IMG/VR virus record: IMGVR_UViG_3300011113_000202
Span: 6,057 to 70,056 of that record
Strand: one strand, 5' to 3'
Length of the DNA stretch: 64,000 bases
Source: a virus
Shown here: one piece after another, positions 59,562-64,000 of the stretch
How the letters are laid out: the number at the start of each line of letters is the position of its first letter
Position numbering within the stretch: position 1 is the first letter of the stretch
Notes under the pieces: model-generated
Told to the model about the DNA's origin: nothing
Seen by the model: the letters and a program-made list of their open reading frames with translations, nothing else
Database searches by the model: none
Program-made: the position numbers and the translations under genes

Positions 59562-59973
59562 TTTTAAAGGTTCTATTTTGTAAAAGGATATCGAGCCTGT
59601 CTTTAAAGTCTGGTCTATCATAAGCACCTCTTCCAAGGTTTGCAAACCTAGTCGTAAGTACAATATTGTCTTTATGATAACCTCTTGATGAGTCAAGCCT
59701 ATCAACCGATGGAGCAAATGGAGATCTTGTGATCACTAAGTCTTCTAAACTCATATCAATATCTAGCCAATAACATTTTCCGCTTTGCTTTTGCCATTGC
59801 TCTTTTAAATCTTCTATATTTATATCTATATCATGTCTACTTGTAGACTGATTACCTTTTCTAATTCTTCCTTTTAGTTTTGGATTTGTCTCAACCCTTG
59901 CACCAGCAGAACCATTTGTGGATGACATATTTACATTTTTCCAAAGTATCTTCCAATATTTATCTTCGTTCAT
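59548..59973 (-). CDS. HNH-like endonuclease
   Basis: QSGKCYW..PSVDRLDSSRGYHKDNIVL..AN. Confidence 0.7.
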   Translation of the reverse strand: MNEDKYWKILWKNVNMSSTNGSAGARVETNPKLKGRIRKGNQSTSRHDIDINIEDLKEQWQKQSGKCYWLDIDMSLEDLVITRSPFAPSVDRLDSSRGYHKDNIVLTTRFANLGRGAYDRPDFKDRLDILLQNRTFKNETV

Positions 59974-60122
59974 TTGTTTTCTATTAACTTTCTAATATTA
60001 TTTACTTTTGTATAGGCATCTCCACCAGCATCAATTAGTTTCATTACTTCATCAAATGCTTGCTTGCGAGCCTTTTTACAGCCGTTACAGGGACAGACCC
60101 AATTTTTATTGTTGCTTTCCAA
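59970..60122 (-). CDS. Small Cys-containing protein
   Basis: WVCPCNGC; start uncertain (TTG). Confidence 0.5.
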   Translation of the reverse strand: MESNNKNWVCPCNGCKKARKQAFDEVMKLIDAGGDAYTKVNNIRKLIENK

Positions 60123-60882
60123 GATCTTGTTTCCTCTTAACTTTACCTTCAGCAACACCAGTCCAATACATGTTGTAATAGTTAATATCATAAGAGAATG
60201 TCTTTAAATGTGCAACATGAGCGCCAGTGTGTGCATATGCCTGAATACCAGCCTGTTTTGCTTTTCTAAAGAATGAAACATCTTCGCTAATAAACTTGTT
60301 TGCTGCTTGTTGGTTTTCACCAAATACAGAGAAGTCACCAGCAACCTCACGGACTTTTGGAACAATAGATCTGTGCATTAGAACAAAACCAAAACCAGCA
60401 ACATCAACTGGAATCAATTGATTTGGTGGCATTGGATGAATTGCTCTAGTTACATACTTGTTATCTGTGTCCATATACAAAGCAGGAGTTGGTTCCATTA
60501 GACTTTGTTCATTTTCTTGGCTTACAAAATAAACACCAGTTACCAGAGGCTTATTGATTTTATCTGCTGAATCCCACAATAATTGGAATGCATCCATACT
60601 CATAACAATATCTGAGTCTACCCACATTAACCAATCACTATTCATATTGTCATACCAATAATCAATAAGAGATTGTCTTTGTCTTGCTATTTGGTTACCT
60701 TGAACACGAATACTGCTTGTTACTTTAATTCCCCTGCGCTGTGCTTCAAGCAGGGTATTTAACAAACCACTTGCAAATCTTCCTTCTACCGTACCACCAT
60801 CACACCATGCAAACGATACTGTTTCCTTATCGCTATGTCCAGATGTTGGCTTGTCTTGAATCTTTTTAGGCTGCTTTGGCAT
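60106..60882 (-). CDS. Glycosyltransferase (GT-A/family 2-like)
   Basis: WVDSD (DxD), GFGFVLMHR, SEDVSFF, HLK. Confidence 0.8.
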   Translation of the reverse strand: MPKQPKKIQDKPTSGHSDKETVSFAWCDGGTVEGRFASGLLNTLLEAQRRGIKVTSSIRVQGNQIARQRQSLIDYWYDNMNSDWLMWVDSDIVMSMDAFQLLWDSADKINKPLVTGVYFVSQENEQSLMEPTPALYMDTDNKYVTRAIHPMPPNQLIPVDVAGFGFVLMHRSIVPKVREVAGDFSVFGENQQAANKFISEDVSFFRKAKQAGIQAYAHTGAHVAHLKTFSYDINYYNMYWTGVAEGKVKRKQDLGKQQ

Positions 60883-60991
60883 TCTTATGCTCCTTTAAAT
60901 GACGTGATAATGTCTGGTGAGCAAAGATACCCCAACGAACTTCAAGTTCTTTCCCACATTTATCGCAAATTGTTATTCTACCCTTTTCCAT
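60866..60991 (-). CDS. C2H2 zinc-finger microprotein (41 aa, not in ORF track)
   Basis: MEKGRITICDKCGKELEVRWGIFAHQTLSRHLKEHKNAKAA; promoter ends 6 nt upstream. Confidence 0.7.
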   Translation of the reverse strand: MEKGRITICDKCGKELEVRWGIFAHQTLSRHLKEHKNAKAA

Positions 60992-60997
60992 AGATCT

Positions 60998-61026
60998 ATT
61001 GTACACCCACCCCTTTTATTTGTCAA
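60998..61026 (-). promoter_or_regulatory. Sigma70-type promoter
   Basis: TTGACA-17 nt-TACAAT on - strand. Confidence 0.75.
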
Positions 61027-61054
61027 ATTATTCAGAAATATATGTTATCCTTTG

Positions 61055-61708
61055 TCATGGTTCTATTCTATCATCTTTGTTAAGAATATCGTAATGATAT
61101 GCATCAGAGTCTTCTGTAATCCATTTTGCAGCATCTTCTACGTCCCATTTGCGGGTATTGATCAAGCGATGTATAACAGGTTTACCAGGCTTAGTAGTAA
61201 AGGAAGGCTCTAAGGCAAAGATACGATTATTTGGCTGTATAGCAAAGTTACCGTCATCACGCTGAATAACATGACCACACTTGTGTTGACCAGGATTTTC
61301 TGAATAACCATCATCAAGACTATTTGCATCTCCGCTATACCAGTCTAAAGTAAATAAATACTTACCAGATATCTTAGTCTTTGTTCTATCCATATAGAAC
61401 ATACGAAGGTTTGCAAGATTTGAAAATTTTGTGACGGTAACAAAAGGACTAAATGAATTCCACAATACTAGGTTGTGTATATCAACTTCAGGCACACCAG
61501 GCTCGGCGCAAAATGCATTGATCGGCATACGCCACCAGATACCGCCATCTTCCATCATAAAATGAAACAATGGACTTCGGTTCGGCACACTGGAAACCCC
61601 AAAGATCACACATGGAAAGTATTGATCGTGACTATCTTTTTGATCCCGCAAAAAATTACCCCGCACATAACATTCAATCGGCGGGATGTTGGCATTTAAT
61701 TCAGGCAT
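61055..61708 (-). CDS. Hypothetical phage protein
   Basis: LNANIPP..WRMPINAF..GKYLFTLDW..QPNNRI; TGATAGAAT 6 nt before ATG. Confidence 0.7.
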   Translation of the reverse strand: MPELNANIPPIECYVRGNFLRDQKDSHDQYFPCVIFGVSSVPNRSPLFHFMMEDGGIWWRMPINAFCAEPGVPEVDIHNLVLWNSFSPFVTVTKFSNLANLRMFYMDRTKTKISGKYLFTLDWYSGDANSLDDGYSENPGQHKCGHVIQRDDGNFAIQPNNRIFALEPSFTTKPGKPVIHRLINTRKWDVEDAAKWITEDSDAYHYDILNKDDRIEP

Positions 61709-61749
61709 ATATCCATTCTATCACTTCGGCGCAAAAAAGATATCAAACC

Positions 61750-61779
61750 ACCATCCGCCCCTTTTCAGGGCGGTATGGT
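61750..61779 (-). terminator. Hairpin/terminator
   Basis: CCGCCC/GGGCGG stem just after the stop at 61780. Confidence 0.5.
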
Positions 61780-61956
61780 TTAAAATTCTTCTCTTGCGTA
61801 TTCTTCACTATTCATATTCACCATTCTAGACTTGCCACATGGACAAGGTGGAACTTGATGAATTAATTTTGGATCTAAAGTAGATATGATAGCCATAATG
61901 GTTTTGCATTCTGGGCATTTGAATAACCATTTTGCTGTGTATTTATTTTCTTCCAC
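61780..61956 (-). CDS. Zinc-ribbon protein (58 aa, not in ORF track)
   Basis: GGAGG RBS and GTG start; CPEC..CPCG. Confidence 0.65.
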   Translation of the reverse strand: MEENKYTAKWLFKCPECKTIMAIISTLDPKLIHQVPPCPCGKSRMVNMNSEEYAREEF

Positions 61957-62179
61957 GTGCTACCTCCGCTGCAAGTATTCTCATTCCCAAACCATTCAAC
62001 TGAGACGATCCGCCAAGATCGATTGATTCAATCTCATTGGCGATACGCTCACGCATCTCATTTTCAATGGCTATAATGGTTTTCCCGACTGTGCCCCACA
62101 TAGAAGCACCAAAGTTTTTATGTACCTCATTCCAGAAGTATTTGCCTACCTCTGTAGTGATATCATTTTCAAAATTCAT
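61943..62179 (-). CDS. Hypothetical protein
   Basis: MNFENDITTEVG..; GAGGA RBS. Confidence 0.55.
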   Translation of the reverse strand: MNFENDITTEVGKYFWNEVHKNFGASMWGTVGKTIIAIENEMRERIANEIESIDLGGSSQLNGLGMRILAAEVARGRK

Positions 62180-62315
62180 TATCTTCCTCTTCTTCAAAGT
62201 CAAGATCTTCAAATGCTTTTGCCAAATCTCTTGCCACAACGCTAAATGTTTTATATGCACCAAGGGCTGCAATAAAAACAGATAGCACCAGTATGGCAAT
62301 TTTTCTATTGTTCAT
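62169..62315 (-). CDS. Small membrane protein (48 aa, not in ORF track)
   Basis: MNNRKIAILVLSVFIAALGAYKTF.. with acidic tail; overlaps on both sides. Confidence 0.55.
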   Translation of the reverse strand: MNNRKIAILVLSVFIAALGAYKTFSVVARDLAKAFEDLDFEEEEDNEF

Positions 62316-62659
62316 TTTTTAATCACCCTAAATGCATCGCCTGTTTCTTCATCTTCGTAATCCCAAAGATCCCACTTCTCCCAATATGGCACACCGTTTT
62401 CATCGTAGTCATCCCAAGCAGGACCTTCCATATCTAAATTCCATATATACATCGTTCCCCATCTATCGTAGATAGGCCAAAAGGTATTCCATAGAAACAG
62501 ATTTACTTTATACTTCCAACCTGTGTAGGCATTTTCTTCCATATATGAAATGTCTAGTATTCCTTTTGTTGCAAGGTTTCCTGCCCAATTAGCAAACCAG
62601 CGTAAAGGGCGACGGGATTTATGAATAGCCAGAGAACTATCTAATTTATCATAAGGCAT
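62312..62659 (-). CDS. Trp-rich hypothetical protein
   Basis: ORF in a coupled - strand array. Confidence 0.55.
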   Translation of the reverse strand: MPYDKLDSSLAIHKSRRPLRWFANWAGNLATKGILDISYMEENAYTGWKYKVNLFLWNTFWPIYDRWGTMYIWNLDMEGPAWDDYDENGVPYWEKWDLWDYEDEETGDAFRVIKK

Positions 62660-62807
62660 AGGCCAACACCCCTAGTAGAAAACCTATAATGAAGGAAGCC
62701 CCGACCAAGGTAGAGATAAATCTTTTTTCAAGATAGCGTTTGATGACAGCCCGTTCTATTTCACGGTCAATTTCATAGACTACATCATCAACTTTGTATT
62801 CTGCCAT
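62649..62807 (-). CDS. Small membrane protein (52 aa, not in ORF track)
   Basis: MAEYKVDD..LVGASFIIGFLLGVLAYAL. Confidence 0.55.
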   Translation of the reverse strand: MAEYKVDDVVYEIDREIERAVIKRYLEKRFISTLVGASFIIGFLLGVLAYAL

Positions 62808-62809
62808 GT

Positions 62810-62938
62810 CTATCCTATTTCTTTAATCAGCCTTGCTAGAATGTGAGTAGCCTCATCAATTTCATGAAGAGAGCCTGAAAAGATCAACTTATGTGCTTTT
62901 GTGATTTCTGTTCTTAGATATTCGTTAGTAAGTTCCAT
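62810..62938 (-). CDS. Small protein (42 aa, not in ORF track)
   Basis: MELTNEYLRTEITKAHK..; TTGACT-17-TATACT ends 6 nt upstream. Confidence 0.55.
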   Translation of the reverse strand: MELTNEYLRTEITKAHKLIFSGSLHEIDEATHILARLIKEIG

Positions 62939-63021
62939 CAAACCAGTATACCCCATTTCGGGCGGGGAGTCAAACAAAGACTATAACTAAAGTAAGTAAA
63001 GGCAGATACCACCATATATGC

Positions 63022-63216
63022 TTAATCAGGGTTAGAAGATTCATGGTTTGGGCATACGGGAAAGAGTTGATAGCCGATTGATTTGATACCCTCGGATTTT
63101 TGATCACAGAAATAGCATTGAGCCATAAACGCTAGGTTCTTTTGTCGCATCTCGTCCAACATTTGGACTAGGCGTACATCCTTATACCATTTCGTTTCTT
63201 GGCTAGGCATGGACAT
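63022..63216 (-). CDS. Small Cys-containing protein
   Basis: CYFC..CPNH. Confidence 0.55.
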   Translation of the reverse strand: MSMPSQETKWYKDVRLVQMLDEMRQKNLAFMAQCYFCDQKSEGIKSIGYQLFPVCPNHESSNPD

Positions 63217-63316
63217 ATCCCATTATATAGGCACAGGTTTTGCAGACATACATGGTTTGGGTTTGGGTTACTAATTTGGTAAATCTATGTTTGTCATCTT
63301 CACAATATTTCCACAT
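63203..63316 (-). CDS. Small Cys/His protein (37 aa)
   Basis: AGGAG RBS; MWKYCEDDKH..CKTC; the longer TTG start in the ORF track is probably leader RNA. Confidence 0.55.
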   Translation of the reverse strand: MWKYCEDDKHRFTKLVTQTQTMYVCKTCAYIMGYVHA

Positions 63317-63334
63317 GGTTTCTCCTAATTCTAA

Positions 63335-63441
63335 TGAGCAGTTTTTCTCATACTCAGGAGACTGCTTCCAATTTCTGTGGATGGGGTGGAGCAAATTTAT
63401 CAGATCCCCATATGCGGTTTTGTGGTTGCAGGTTACCCTGC
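63335..63441 (-). ncRNA. Structured leader ending in H-type pseudoknot (copy 2)
   Basis: TGCTATAAT 63448-63456 (-); GCAGG-GTAA-CCTGC; TCTC-CTGAGTAT-GAGA-AAAAC-TGCTCA. Confidence 0.55.
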
Positions 63442-63604
63442 TCAATAATTATAGCATATAAAGTCCTTACTGATATAAAAATGTTATTCCAAGTGTGGAG
63501 GAAAGTGGAGGGAAGTGGGGAATGGAGCACTTTCTAGTGAGGGATCGTAATGCCAAACCCCAAACCTTTTAATCTACAAACCTTGATATCCCCGATATGG
63601 GCGT

Positions 63605-63633
63605 ATTGTATACCAGAATATATGGTTTGTCAA
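63605..63633 (-). promoter_or_regulatory. Sigma70-type promoter
   Basis: TTGACA-17 nt-TACAAT on - strand. Confidence 0.7.
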
Positions 63634-63828
63634 GCCCTAAATACCGCCCAAAAAATGTAGAAAAATATAACAAAACGTTATAATAATATAACAAAATGTT
63701 ACAATACCAAACCAAAATATCTAGAAATCTGGGAAAAAATAAATGGACTTCGTAATGTCTTTTATAGTGGGTATTAGGGATACTTTTTCATACCCGCCCC
63801 TGCGGGGCCGCCGCCTGCGGCGGGGTAT

Positions 63829-63857
63829 TTGACAAGGATCGTAATCCCTAGTATACT
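63829..63857 (+). promoter_or_regulatory. Sigma70-type promoter
   Basis: TTGACA-17 nt-TATACT. Confidence 0.75.
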
Positions 63858-63862
63858 TATAG

Positions 63863-63938
63863 TATTGAATCTGGCCTTGCAGTCATTGATTCAATATATT
63901 GGGATCTGGTTACCTTTCTGGCCAGGTCCCAATTTTTA
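63863..63938 (+). ncRNA. Candidate two-hairpin sRNA with CCUUUCU loop
   Basis: TATTGAATC/GATTCAATA and ATTGGGATCTGG/CCAGGTCCCAAT stems, then a T-tract; no ORF. Confidence 0.5.
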
Positions 63939-63952
63939 TGGTTTGGGAGTAC

Positions 63953-63981
63953 TTGACAAAAGATACAAGGTTTGGTATACT
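63953..63981 (+). promoter_or_regulatory. Sigma70-type promoter
   Basis: TTGACA-17 nt-TATACT with extended TG. Confidence 0.75.
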
Positions 63982-64000
63982 GCAAAACTTTCAGCGGGGG

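Noticed and set aside
59562-59717. N-terminal extension of the 280-aa FkbM ORF
   Set aside because: It overlaps the HNH-like gene in another frame; ATG 59561 next to the HNH stop is the more plausible start
1-64000. Stop-codon reassignment, integrase, reverse transcriptase or DGR
   Set aside because: Genes tile densely in the standard code with all three stops used; no such enzymes or template/variable repeat pairs were recognised

Overview
This 64 kb window is part of a large, AT-rich, tailed dsDNA phage genome with siphovirus-type morphogenesis genes. The host is probably an actinobacterium: the window has whiB, an MSMEG_6728-like gene, an FmdB zinc ribbon and many apparently leaderless genes, and the gene content resembles freshwater actinophages (inference). 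The + strand carries the capsid 3' end, head-tail and tail genes including a 2678-aa tape measure (1-21.7 kb); replication and recombination genes DnaB, DnaG, SSB-like, DnaE, RecA, Cas4-like and RuvC (21.7-32.9 kb); terminase (33.2-35.6 kb); secreted, surface and lysis genes (35.6-40 kb); and an accessory region (40-51.8 kb). A mostly - strand glycan-modification cluster spans 51.8-60.9 kb, followed by small genes and a promoter- and hairpin-rich non-coding end. No tRNA, rRNA, CRISPR array or integrase was seen. The most notable observations are: two copies of a covarying H-type RNA pseudoknot in 5' leaders; candidate small RNAs displaying anti-Shine-Dalgarno loops; tail chaperones G and GT apparently encoded by duplicated genes rather than a frameshift; a multi-module protein with repeated putative cleavage motifs and a shared C-terminal WxGSxF tag; a ROSE-like thermometer on hsp20; and a surface protein alongside glycan enzymes. 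All family calls come from motif recognition by eye; no database searches were run.
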